In this document: positions 1-9,202 of the stretch, piece by piece | Layout of the letters: each line of letters opens with the position of its first letter | Position numbering within the stretch: the first letter of the stretch is position 1 | NCBI GenBank assembly: GCA_963674865.2 | Contig: CAXXYE010000009.1 | Location: 480,001 to 544,000 of the forward strand | Reading direction: 5' to 3' | From: Candidatus Hydrogenedentota bacterium | Lineage (GTDB): Bacteria; Hydrogenedentota; Hydrogenedentia; Hydrogenedentales; SLHB01 | Length of the DNA: 64,000 nucleotides | The notes under the pieces: model-generated | Told to the model about the DNA's origin: nothing | Databases searched by the model: none | What the model saw: the letters and a program-made list of their open reading frames with translations, nothing else | Translations under genes and position numbers: made by a program

Positions 1-322
1 CCCAGTTGGTGTTGGGGTCGTCTGCCACGACCCACTCCAGTTGGACGTTGAAGTCCTTGCCCTCCGTGTCGAACCAGCGGGCCAGTCGCGCGAAGTGTTC
101 CCGGCCCAGGGCATCGTTTTCGCGGGCGAACAGACACAGCCGATGGACATCGCGGGGCACGTTGAAGGCGGCCCCGCGGACATTGTCGTCGGTGCAGGCA
201 AGTGCGGAGGACGCTGCAACCGTCGCGAGCACGGCCACCAGTACGAACTGGACGGCCATCGCGAGGTCGCCGCGAGGACGGTTGGCGTACGGGCAAACGA
301 GCTGCGAAGCGTGTTCTTCCAT
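1..322 (-). CDS. Partial secreted hypothetical protein (runs off the window start)
   Basis: Manual translation from ATG at 322: MEEHASQLVCPYANRPRGDLAMAVQFVLVAVLATVAASSALA-CTDDNVRGAAFNVPRDVHRLCLF..., open to position 1. It has a hydrophobic signal-like stretch ending in ALA and is not in the ORF track because no stop lies in the window. Confidence 0.55.
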   Translation of the reverse strand, partial: MEEHASQLVCPYANRPRGDLAMAVQFVLVAVLATVAASSALACTDDNVRGAAFNVPRDVHRLCLFARENDALGREHFARLARWFDTEGKDFNVQLEWVVADDPNTNW

Positions 323-417
323 GTCCACCAGTGTAGCGCGTTGCGCCCGGCGGCGAAAGGCGTGGAATGGGCCCGCATAAGCCGACGTGCTACGCCGCGG
401 CGCCGGGCGGTTCTGCC

Positions 418-1836
418 TTACGGCATGAATCGACTGAGAAGCACGAGCAGAATCCAGGCCACGCAGCAGGCTACACCCGCCGACAGCAGGCCGACTTTGA
501 GCCACTCCCAGAAGCGGATTTGCGAGCGATACTGCTTCTCGAGCATGCCCAGGGCGACGATGTTGGCTGTGCTGCCGATCATGGTGATATTGCCGCCGAT
601 GCACGCCCCGAAGAGCAGCGCCCACCAGAGGGGCATCGCGTGGGCGGAGCCTCCGAGTTCGCGGATGACGGGGCAGAAGGCGGCCACGAAGACGACGTTG
701 TCCACGAACGCGGAGCCGACGGCGGTGACGGCGATGATCGTCGGCACCAGGACGGCCGTGCTTGTTCCAAGACTTCGCTTGAAATGGCCGGCGAGCAGCG
801 TGGTTACCTCCGTGTACTCGAGGGTGCCCGCGATGGCGAAGAGCAGCATGAAGAAGAGAAGCGTCCACCAGTCCACTTCCCGTTCGACATAATGGCGCGC
901 GCGCTTGCGGCGCGCGATCATGACGATTCCCGAGCAGACGAGCGGCGCCACGAGCAGGATGCTGTTCTTGTCGAGGTCGAGTAAGTCTTCGAGGTAATGG
1001 TGAGACGCGATGAACAGGACGGTGACGATGAGCAGCGCCAGCCCGCGCTTATAGGGCACAGACACTTGCGGAACCAGGTTCAACTGCCGGTCCATGCGCT
1101 CCTTGAGCCGCTCGTCAAAGAGGCGCAATTCCTTCCTGAACCACAGAAGCGTCAGGGCGCCCGTCACCGCGAGCGCGATGAGCATGATGGGAAAGGCCCA
1201 GACGATGAAATCATGGAAGGTCAGGCCGGCCTGGGTGCCAATGTAGATGCCGACCGGATTCCCGAGCATCGTTCCGGCACTTCCCACGTTCGTGCACAGG
1301 ACGCATATGATTACGTAGGGAGTCGGGTTCAGTTTCAGGCGGTTGCACACCTGAAACACCAGCGTGGTGATGAAAATGATCGAGGTCACCTCGTCAACGG
1401 CACACGCCAGCAGGGCCGAGGCCATCGCCAAGGTGATGATGAATTTCCTGCCCGTCATCTTCGGCATGGAGACGATCATCTGGACAACCCAGGTGAAGAA
1501 GCCCAGGTCGCGCAGCGCCCCCACGACGATCATCATTCCCACCAGGAAGAGGATCACAGGCAAGGCTGCCGATTCGACGAAGTGCGGAATATTGAGCGAC
1601 TTGGTGAAGATCAGTACCGACAGGCCGAGGAAAGCGATGGCGAGGCGGAAATTCCAGAAGAACAGCGTGCCCAGGATGATCGCCAGAAACACCGACGAGG
1701 CAACCTGCTGATGGAATTCCAGCCCCCCCGCCTTTCCCAGGATCCCCACGGCGCCGCTGATGGCTAGGAGGGCCGCCAGGCGTTTTACAAGTTGCGGTGT
1801 GCTCAGTTCCGCGGAGCGCTCTTCATTGCCGGACAT
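418..1836 (-). CDS. ArsB/NhaD (IT superfamily, SLC13-like) ion transporter
   Basis: About 12 TM helices with family-type motifs: VDEVTS, TNVGSAGTMLGNPVGI, VDWWTLLFFMLLF, SAFVDNV, GGNITMIGSTANIV. Confidence 0.85.
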   Translation of the reverse strand: MSGNEERSAELSTPQLVKRLAALLAISGAVGILGKAGGLEFHQQVASSVFLAIILGTLFFWNFRLAIAFLGLSVLIFTKSLNIPHFVESAALPVILFLVGMMIVVGALRDLGFFTWVVQMIVSMPKMTGRKFIITLAMASALLACAVDEVTSIIFITTLVFQVCNRLKLNPTPYVIICVLCTNVGSAGTMLGNPVGIYIGTQAGLTFHDFIVWAFPIMLIALAVTGALTLLWFRKELRLFDERLKERMDRQLNLVPQVSVPYKRGLALLIVTVLFIASHHYLEDLLDLDKNSILLVAPLVCSGIVMIARRKRARHYVEREVDWWTLLFFMLLFAIAGTLEYTEVTTLLAGHFKRSLGTSTAVLVPTIIAVTAVGSAFVDNVVFVAAFCPVIRELGGSAHAMPLWWALLFGACIGGNITMIGSTANIVALGMLEKQYRSQIRFWEWLKVGLLSAGVACCVAWILLVLLSRFMP

Positions 1837-1968
1837 TACGTACCCCTAGGAATCCGGCCTGAAAGCGCGGTTTCTGATAGGGCGCGGCCCGAAAGCGGTT
1901 GTAAGTCCTTTTGCGGCAACACCCAAAACGTTCAGTCTCCATTATTCGGTGGCTTTCCGGCCGCACCC

Positions 1969-2892
1969 CTACGCCCAGAACAGCTTCGCGATGAACGCGC
2001 CGACATCCACCGCGCCCAGGAGTTTTCGCCCCTCCACGACAAGGATCTGGCGCACATCCTGCGTCAGAAACGTTTTCGCCAATTGGATCGCCGGCACGTC
2101 CGGCCCCACCGATACATAGTCATCCTTCATGAAATCCGCCACCTTGCTTTCCTGATCCCGTCGCAAGAGATCCGCGAAGGGTTCGAAGCGCAGGATGGGG
2201 GACAAGTCGTGCATCCATAGCAAGTGCTCCGGCAGGCTGAGCCGCAGCAGATCCTCGATGGAGATCGTGCCGCGCACGTCGCCGTCATCATCTACGACGG
2301 GGATATCCAGCACGTGCCGCGTGCAGAAGATATCGATGGTTTTCTTCAGGTTATCCTGCTCGAGGAGCGTCACCGGACGCACGTCCATCAAGTTGCTTGC
2401 CTTCAGGTACGGCGGCAGCGCCACCGGGCGCTCGGAAAAGAAGTCGAAAACCTCTTCCGGCGCCTCCGCACCGGCCAACCTGTCGAGCGCTCCTTCCGCG
2501 CCCAGTTCCCGCGTCAGGGCCGCCAAGGCCTGCAGGTACAGGCCCGGATCATCCTTCGGCGTCAAGATGACGATGACGACGTGCACCAGGCCCCGTTCCT
2601 CGACGGGAAATGTGACGCCTTTCGGCGCAATGCCGATGGCCACGAGAAGCCGCTTCAGGTTGTCTACGCGGGCATGGGGCAGCGCCAGGCGCGGCGCAAT
2701 CACCGTCGAAGACGCCGCCTCACGCTGGAGGCAGGCCGCCAGGACACGCTCCTCGTCGAAGTTGTTCTCGTTCTTGTGAAGGAGCTCGACGAGTTGGCCG
2801 ATGGCCTCTTTCCAAGAGAGGGCCGCCGGGTAACATAGGATGTTCTCCGCCTTGAGGAAGTCGGAGAACCGGCGTTTGTCTTGGGCTCCCAT
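1969..2892 (-). CDS. PTS EIIA (Ntr/Fru-type) domain fused to a CBS-domain pair
   Basis: N-terminal REAASSTVIAPRLALPHAR is an EIIA phospho-His motif. The C-terminal part has tandem CBS repeats (IPVVDDDGDVRGTISIEDLL; ILVVEGRKLLGAV). Confidence 0.85.
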   Translation of the reverse strand: MGAQDKRRFSDFLKAENILCYPAALSWKEAIGQLVELLHKNENNFDEERVLAACLQREAASSTVIAPRLALPHARVDNLKRLLVAIGIAPKGVTFPVEERGLVHVVIVILTPKDDPGLYLQALAALTRELGAEGALDRLAGAEAPEEVFDFFSERPVALPPYLKASNLMDVRPVTLLEQDNLKKTIDIFCTRHVLDIPVVDDDGDVRGTISIEDLLRLSLPEHLLWMHDLSPILRFEPFADLLRRDQESKVADFMKDDYVSVGPDVPAIQLAKTFLTQDVRQILVVEGRKLLGAVDVGAFIAKLFWA

Positions 2893-3015
2893 CCTGAGTC
2901 TCCTTCGCAGGGCTGCATAGGCTGGCGACGCCGCAGCATAGCGCCGACGCCCTGTCGGTTCAAACGCTCAGGTGTATAATCAGGCTAATGCCAGCCCGCC
3001 GAAAGGGAACGAGCC

Positions 3016-4554
3016 ATGTGCAATTTACCAAGCCAGCCAAGAGGTGATGCCGGCGAAGACTACGCCCTGATCTCGTCCGTGGTATTTCCGCTCTTCCTTG
3101 TCTTGGGACAGGTGTTGTGCATCCAAGCCGCCGGGGCTGAAGCCGGTTGTTCTCTGAACGTTGAGCCCGGCGTGCGCCAGCTCTTCCTGGATGATGCCGG
3201 CATTGCGGAGATGGAGGGACTGGTGCGCGTGGTGCATCCGCCCGCGCGGCATCCCCGGAACCCCGTGCTCGTGCCGGACACGCCGTGGGAGAGCCGCTGC
3301 CAAGTCTACGGCACGGCGTACTACGATGAGGCCGCGGGCCTGTTCAAGCTCTGGTATCTCACAACGCCCCGGGACAGGGGCAGCAAACCGCTCATTGTCG
3401 GGGAGCATGAGCGCGCCCCTCATACGACGCTGGCGGCGTATGCCCAGTCCGAGGACGGGCTTGCCTGGGCCAAGCCGGAGCTGGGCATTTTTCCCTACGA
3501 CGGGGATACCGCCAACAATCTCCTGGGCATCGGCGAGTACAACTGCGAGGGCATCTCCGTGCTCCACGAGCCGGGCGACCCCGATCCCGCGCGGCGATGG
3601 AAGGCCGTCTACTGGGATCACGGCTCGGGTGGCTGGGAGATGAGGGAGAATGGCCCTTACGCGGAGGATGGGCCGGAGGACGGCTTCTACGTCGCCTTTT
3701 CGCCCGACGGACTCCACTGGACGCCCTATGAGGGCAATCCCGTCATCAAGGCCTACTGCGACACCAACCAGAATGTGCTTTACGACGCTAGGCTGGAGAA
3801 GTACGTTGCCTTCTCGCGGTTCGGCTTCGGTCGGAAGCTGGCCCGGAGCGAGAGTCCGGACTTCATTCACTGGACGCCGCCGGAGGTCGTCCTGGAATGC
3901 GATGAGCGCGATGGCCCCCAGACGCAGATCTACGGGGCTGGCGTCGATCTGTACGAGGGCGTCTACCTGGCCATGATCTGGATCTACCGCGAAGGCGGCG
4001 ACAAACGGATCGACACCCAACTTGCCACCAGCCGGGACGGCATCCACTGGACGCGCGTAGGCGAGCGGGCCACCTGGTTGGCCCTCGGCGGCATGGATTC
4101 CTGGGAAGCCGGCATGGCGCGGAGCACAGAACGCATCATCCGCCGCGGCGACAGGCTGTATGTCTATTACTGCGGCGTCCCCGTGCCGCATGTTCGCGGC
4201 CTGGCCAGTAAGCACCGAATTTCCTCGATCGGCCTCCTCACGCTTCGCCGTGACGGCTTCGTGTCGCTTCGGCCCGAGGGGAAGAAGGGCGTGCTGTTGA
4301 CGCGGCCATTCATCCTTCCGGATGGCGATCTACACCTCAACGCCGATGCGCGGGGCGGCGCCGTCACCGTCGCCCTGTGCTCCGCGGACGCCACGCCCGT
4401 GGGCGGCTTGGAGCGCTCGAGTCCTATCTTTGGCGATGTTCTGAACGGCGTTGTCCACTGGGGGCGGCCCATCCCCGGCGGCCTGCGAGGGAAGTCGGTA
4501 CGGCTGCGATTCTATATCAAGCGCACCGATCTGTACGCCTACTGGTGGGAGTAG
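3016..4554 (+). CDS. Secreted five-bladed beta-propeller glycosidase-like protein (GH32/43/130-like)
   Basis: Signal-like N-terminus, RQLFLDD motif, repeated Asp-box-like S-x-DG-x-x-W motifs (SEDGLAW, SPDGLHW, SPDFIHW, SRDGIHW) and a C-terminal LRRDGFVSL / LHLNADA beta-sandwich. Confidence 0.7.
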   Translation: MCNLPSQPRGDAGEDYALISSVVFPLFLVLGQVLCIQAAGAEAGCSLNVEPGVRQLFLDDAGIAEMEGLVRVVHPPARHPRNPVLVPDTPWESRCQVYGTAYYDEAAGLFKLWYLTTPRDRGSKPLIVGEHERAPHTTLAAYAQSEDGLAWAKPELGIFPYDGDTANNLLGIGEYNCEGISVLHEPGDPDPARRWKAVYWDHGSGGWEMRENGPYAEDGPEDGFYVAFSPDGLHWTPYEGNPVIKAYCDTNQNVLYDARLEKYVAFSRFGFGRKLARSESPDFIHWTPPEVVLECDERDGPQTQIYGAGVDLYEGVYLAMIWIYREGGDKRIDTQLATSRDGIHWTRVGERATWLALGGMDSWEAGMARSTERIIRRGDRLYVYYCGVPVPHVRGLASKHRISSIGLLTLRRDGFVSLRPEGKKGVLLTRPFILPDGDLHLNADARGGAVTVALCSADATPVGGLERSSPIFGDVLNGVVHWGRPIPGGLRGKSVRLRFYIKRTDLYAYWWE

Positions 4555-4906
4555 GCTCACCGCCGAAGTTGGCGATGCTCAAATTCGAGCCGTCTCGTTG
4601 TCTCGTAACGCTATAGGGCGCAGTGTCTTGTGGGCATTTGAGGTGGCGCTGCTCGGGCACTCACAAATGGCGCAGCTCCCCCAATACTTGCCCGGCCGCC
4701 GCTACGAGGCGTGTCGGAGGATGGGGCGCGCGACCTCTCGCGGTTTGAACGTCTGAGCGCGCCGGTGCTATACTTCACCTCCCTTCGGGGCAGAACCGGA
4801 AGGGTTGACGCGGAGAGGGGCTATCTAGTTCAATTCGCTACCAGTCCGAGTATTCCAGCGGCCATCCGCTGCCGACACAAACACACGAAAACGGAGGAAA
4901 GGTATA

Positions 4907-5491
4907 GTGAAACCGCGCGCAAGAGCATTGTTCGTGCTGTCGTTGATCGCTTCGGCCGGCGTGGGGGCATTCCTGGGGTCCGCGAGTGTGCAGGGGGTTG
5001 CCGCGCAAGAGGTCGATAACACGTACAAGATCGGGATCGTCGACCTGCAGGCCGTCATGGACGGGTACAACAAGTCCAAGGAAGAGATCAAGAAGCTTGA
5101 GGCCGAATTCGAGGGTGTTCAGGGCAAACTCGACAAGATGAGAGACGAGTTCACCAGCGAAAAAGAGAAGTACCAGGAGAAGCGCGACACACTTTCCCCT
5201 GAGGAACAGGCCAAACGCGAGGAGGAGCTGGATAACCAGCTTCTTGAACTGCGCACCGAGTACCAGCGGGCCGATGCGGACCTCGAACGCACGCGGGCTC
5301 GCCTGAAGAAGCGCCTTCTAGCGGATATGGTGAAGGCTATCGACGAAATCGGCGCCCAGGAGAACTATCATATGATCCTGGAGGCCGATCCCGAGACGCG
5401 GACGGGCGTACTGTACTTCACCTCGAGAATCAACATGACTCAGAAAGTGATTGACCATTTGAACGTTCAGCTTGCCAAGGATGCCTCATGA
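4907..5491 (+). CDS. skp: OmpH/Skp periplasmic chaperone
   Basis: Signal peptide, KIGIVDLQAV, long coiled coil and INMTQKVI. It lies directly upstream of lpxD. Confidence 0.9.
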   Translation: MKPRARALFVLSLIASAGVGAFLGSASVQGVAAQEVDNTYKIGIVDLQAVMDGYNKSKEEIKKLEAEFEGVQGKLDKMRDEFTSEKEKYQEKRDTLSPEEQAKREEELDNQLLELRTEYQRADADLERTRARLKKRLLADMVKAIDEIGAQENYHMILEADPETRTGVLYFTSRINMTQKVIDHLNVQLAKDAS

Positions 5492-5535
5492 CGCGTCCTG
5501 AGTGGGCTCGATAGTCAGCGGATCTTCTGAAGGCT

Positions 5536-6588
5536 ATGGAAACATCCCTCGGGGAGATAGCCAAGCTTGTCGACGGCGCCGTGATCGGGGATGCCGAGAC
5601 GCGCATCACGGGCTTCAACAGCATCCGGCAGGCGGAAACGGGCGAACTTACCTTCGTCGCTCATGAGCGGTATATCCCCCTCATGGCGGCCACGAGGGCC
5701 TCGGCCATTCTCGTCCCCCGCAATATCGCCGAGGGCGCCAAGCCGTTGGTGCAGGTTGACAGTCCCTATGAGGCGTTTCTGAGACTTATCCAGCACTTGC
5801 GCCCCCCCAAGATGAGCCTGCCGAAGGGCATCCACCCCACGGCCATGGTAGCCGCCTCCGCCGAGATTGGGCCCGACGCCGCGCTGGGGCCGCATGTTGT
5901 CGTTAGCGACGGCGCGCGCATTGGGGCGGGGACCATTGTCTGCGCGGGTTGCTACATCGGCCGCGACACGTCCATCGGTGAAGCCACTCTCGTCTATCCA
6001 AACGTCAGCATCCGCGAGGAGGTCACCGTCGGGGCGCGGTGCATCATCCACAGCGGGGCCGTGATCGGCAGCGACGGCTTCGGGTTCGCCAGCCGCGACG
6101 GCGTGCATGTCAAGATTCCCCAGACGGGAACCGTGGTGATTGGCGATGATGTCGAGATTGGGGCCAACTCGGCTGTCGATCGCGCTACCTTCGGCGCTAC
6201 CCGCATCGGTTCCGGCACGAAAATTGACAATCTTGTCCAGATCGGGCACAATGTCGTGCTCGGAGAACACTGTATTGTGTGTGGTACGTCCGGGATCGCA
6301 GGCAGCGCGGTCATTGAGGATCACGTCACTATTGGCGCTCAAGCGGGTATTAATGGGCATATCGAAATCGGCAGGGGTGTTACGGTTGGCGCCCGTAGCG
6401 GCGTAACGAAGTCCGTTAAACCGGGCCAGGTCGTTTCGGGTTTTCCCGCAACCGACCACAACAGGGAGAAGCGTATCCTGGCGAGTCTACGGCACTTGCC
6501 GGAGTATGCCCGTCGTATTCGCCAACTCGAGCGCCGTATCCAGGAATTGGAAGAGTTACTGCATGGAAAAGCAGCAGACAATAGCTAA
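5536..6588 (+). CDS. lpxD: UDP-3-O-(3-hydroxyacyl)glucosamine N-acyltransferase
   Basis: Hexapeptide repeats, IGSDGFGF, KIPQTGTVVIGDDVEIGANSAVDRA and TKIDNLVQIGHNV. Confidence 0.97.
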   Translation: METSLGEIAKLVDGAVIGDAETRITGFNSIRQAETGELTFVAHERYIPLMAATRASAILVPRNIAEGAKPLVQVDSPYEAFLRLIQHLRPPKMSLPKGIHPTAMVAASAEIGPDAALGPHVVVSDGARIGAGTIVCAGCYIGRDTSIGEATLVYPNVSIREEVTVGARCIIHSGAVIGSDGFGFASRDGVHVKIPQTGTVVIGDDVEIGANSAVDRATFGATRIGSGTKIDNLVQIGHNVVLGEHCIVCGTSGIAGSAVIEDHVTIGAQAGINGHIEIGRGVTVGARSGVTKSVKPGQVVSGFPATDHNREKRILASLRHLPEYARRIRQLERRIQELEELLHGKAADNS

Positions 6589-7888
6589 TGAGTGTTCGTT
6601 TTCAGGTATCGGCCTTCACACAGGCAACCTGACCTCGATTACCTTCAAGCCGGCGCCGGCGAACAGCGGCGTCACTTTTTATCGGGTGGACCTGCCCGAC
6701 CGGCCCGCCATCAAGGCGGATATCGACAATGTCGTCGATGTTCGCTATGCGGTTACTCTGGGCGTCAACGGCGTCACCGTGAGCACCGTCGAGCATGTCC
6801 TGGCGACGCTGGTAGGCCTTGGCATCGATAACGTGGCCATTGAGGTGGACGCTAACGAAACGCCCGTCGGCGACGGCAGCGCCCTTCCGTTTGCCAACGC
6901 TTTGAAGAAAGCGGGCACGGTTGAACAGGACGCCGAGCGCGAGTACATCAAGATTAAGCAGCCCGTCTACTATAAGGATGGGGACGTGGCGCTGAGTGTG
7001 TTGCCCTCGGAGGAATTGCGTCTCACGATCACGAGCGCGTATGACCACGCGGCGGTTGGGACGCAGTACGCCTCCTATACCATTACGCCTGAGGTCTTCG
7101 AGCGCGAGATCGCCCCCGCGCGCACCTTCACGTTCCTGAGCGAGGTCAAGATGCTTCAGGAGAAGGGGCTCATCAAGGGGGGCAGCCTTGAAAACGCCAT
7201 CGTGGTCGGGGACGACAACATCCTGAACGACAGTCTGCGGTATCCGGATGAGATGGTGCGCCACAAGGTCCTGGATCTGTTGGGCGACATGTTCCTTCTC
7301 GGGCGCAGGGTCAAAGGCCACGTGATTGGGGTGAAATGCGGCCATGCCAGCCACGTCAAGTTCTCGAAGAAGATTAAGCAGAGCCTGAATAACGGGCATC
7401 CCCGGCCGGAGAATAATCGCAAATCCCGTGGCGGCAGCAGCATCAGTCCCGCGCTCGACGTGAACATGATCATGAAGGTCCTGCCGCACCGATATCCCTT
7501 CCTGCTCGTAGATCGGATTCTCTCTTACCAATCCAAAGAGCGGGTCGTGGGGATCAAGAACGTTACCGTCAATGAGCCCTTCTTCCAGGGGCACTGGCCC
7601 AATATGCCGGTAATGCCCGGGGTGCTGATTATCGAGGTCATGGCGCAGGTGAGTTCCGTCCTGGCCTTTGGTGACGGTAGCGAGCGGCCCGAGGCGTTGG
7701 CCTTCTTCCTGGGAATCGAGAAAGCCAGGTTCCGGCGGACAGTCGTGCCCGGAGATCAGTTGGTCATCGAGTCCAAGATGCTGCACCTTCGGCGTAATGC
7801 ATGTAAGGTGCATGCCGTGGCGCGCGTTGAAGGTGATATTGCCGCCGAGGCCACGATGTTCTTCGGATTAATGGGCGCCCCGGAATAA
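6563..7888 (+). CDS. lpxC/fabZ: Bifunctional LpxC deacetylase / FabZ dehydratase
   Basis: LpxC motifs QQTI, GIGLHTG, TVEHVLA, DGSA, IAPARTF and HKVLDLLGD are followed by FabZ motifs LPHRYPFLLVDRI and FFQGHWP..PVMPGVLIIE. The ATG at 6563 overlaps the lpxD end. Confidence 0.95.
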   Translation: MEKQQTIANECSFSGIGLHTGNLTSITFKPAPANSGVTFYRVDLPDRPAIKADIDNVVDVRYAVTLGVNGVTVSTVEHVLATLVGLGIDNVAIEVDANETPVGDGSALPFANALKKAGTVEQDAEREYIKIKQPVYYKDGDVALSVLPSEELRLTITSAYDHAAVGTQYASYTITPEVFEREIAPARTFTFLSEVKMLQEKGLIKGGSLENAIVVGDDNILNDSLRYPDEMVRHKVLDLLGDMFLLGRRVKGHVIGVKCGHASHVKFSKKIKQSLNNGHPRPENNRKSRGGSSISPALDVNMIMKVLPHRYPFLLVDRILSYQSKERVVGIKNVTVNEPFFQGHWPNMPVMPGVLIIEVMAQVSSVLAFGDGSERPEALAFFLGIEKARFRRTVVPGDQLVIESKMLHLRRNACKVHAVARVEGDIAAEATMFFGLMGAPE

Positions 7889-7949
7889 GCGACCATATCT
7901 TCCCCTACACCGCTCCCCCCTTTTTTCGCGGCAGTCGTGCTGTCGGGAT

Positions 7950-9020
7950 TCAGAAGCGCATGCGAAACCGCTGCGGCTTGCGGCGCCGGTAAGGCGGGTG
8001 GGACCCGTCGGCCGCGTTGGATGCCACCGGCTCCTCGGCGTCACTGTCAGCCAAGTCCAGGTTGGACTCTTCTTCGGGTGGGCGCCGCAGGGGCGCGGGA
8101 AGAATGCCGGAGGTCTCCAGGGGAGTAGGCGCCGGCCGGCGTTCCTTTTTCTTCCTATTGGGGACGAGGCTGTATCCAATGATGTCTCCCAAGTCCAGGA
8201 AGAAGGCGACCACCAGGAAGAAGACCTCCTTGAAGCCTACGGTTTGGAGGTCGAATAGCTTCGCAAATACGGCGAACAGCGGCGCTTCGAGGCGGACAGC
8301 CGGCGGCACGGGAACGCCTGCCACGGCGCCCGTGTCTTTCACGGCCACGCGTAACTCATCCTGAAGTTGCTCGATCTCGTCGAGCGATGTGGGGAATCGC
8401 GTTGCCAGCAGCATGTCGGCCTGCTGTTTCGCTTCATGGGCCTTGTCGAGCGATTCAAGGTCGATGCCAATGGTCTTGGCCAACAGCGTGAGGCGGTAGT
8501 CTTCCTGCTTGGCGATAGGCCCATATCCCGCGGGCGCCTCGCGCAGTCCGCGCACCTCCGCTTCGAGTTCGCCCTCCTGGAGCGCCAGATCCTTGCGCAA
8601 GGCCACTCTCTTCTCGTTGAGAGCGGTCTGGACCTGAGCGAGGTAGTCGGCATAGGTCTGCTTCATGCGCGCGCTCGAGAAGCGGATGAAAAAGTCGCGA
8701 TCCGCCGTGCGATAGAGCACGTCCAGGTTGAAAGAGATCGAGATGAAGGCAACCACCGTCAGGCCGAGCGTGCCGAGGATTCCGAGCCGCTTTTCGCCGT
8801 CAATAATGGCCAGTTTGAGGGCGAAGAGCATCATGCCGATGGCAACGGACATGGCGAGGGCGAACACCGAGCACTCCCAAACGGCGCCGTTCGGCAGGGG
8901 GATGCCGACGGTCGGGGCAGGCAGTACGGAGTCGTGAAGGCTCACATAGGTTGTCCACATCGACACCACCGTCAGCCCGACCATAGCGAGGAAGATGAGG
9001 ACTTGGACCGTCGTTTTCAT
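7950..9020 (-). CDS. Hypothetical membrane protein with a coiled-coil middle region (DUF4407-like architecture)
   Basis: Three N-terminal TM helices, a coiled coil with an E..G....GYGP motif, a C-terminal TM and a basic tail. The start may be 9020 or 9056. Confidence 0.6.
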   Translation of the reverse strand: MKTTVQVLIFLAMVGLTVVSMWTTYVSLHDSVLPAPTVGIPLPNGAVWECSVFALAMSVAIGMMLFALKLAIIDGEKRLGILGTLGLTVVAFISISFNLDVLYRTADRDFFIRFSSARMKQTYADYLAQVQTALNEKRVALRKDLALQEGELEAEVRGLREAPAGYGPIAKQEDYRLTLLAKTIGIDLESLDKAHEAKQQADMLLATRFPTSLDEIEQLQDELRVAVKDTGAVAGVPVPPAVRLEAPLFAVFAKLFDLQTVGFKEVFFLVVAFFLDLGDIIGYSLVPNRKKKERRPAPTPLETSGILPAPLRRPPEEESNLDLADSDAEEPVASNAADGSHPPYRRRKPQRFRMRF

Positions 9021-9169
9021 GTGCGAACTCCCCAGAACGTACACTTCTCCTTGCATAAGTTATACACGGTGGAGTGGAGAAGTTCCTAATAGGCCGTCCG
9101 GTACACGAATACCATCAGCCGCGCCAGCCCGCTTATATTGTGCCTCTTGCGGCAGTTTCGCGATCTTGG

Positions 9170-9185
9170 GCGCTATATATTGTGT
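9170..9185. promoter_or_regulatory. NrdR-box-like AT-rich site
   Basis: GCGCTATATATTGTGT resembles the NrdR box acaCwAtATaTwGtgt. A weaker copy (CCCGCTTATATTGTGC) lies 42 bp away, and the identical 13-mer recurs at 56485. Confidence 0.35.
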
Positions 9186-9202
9186 TGCGAAGCGGCCGGC
9201 AC

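Noticed and set aside
4628..4666. Imperfect inverted repeat TTGTGGG...CTCACAA after the propeller gene
   Set aside because: It is a single imperfect hairpin with no U-tract and no other copies seen, so no function can be supported.
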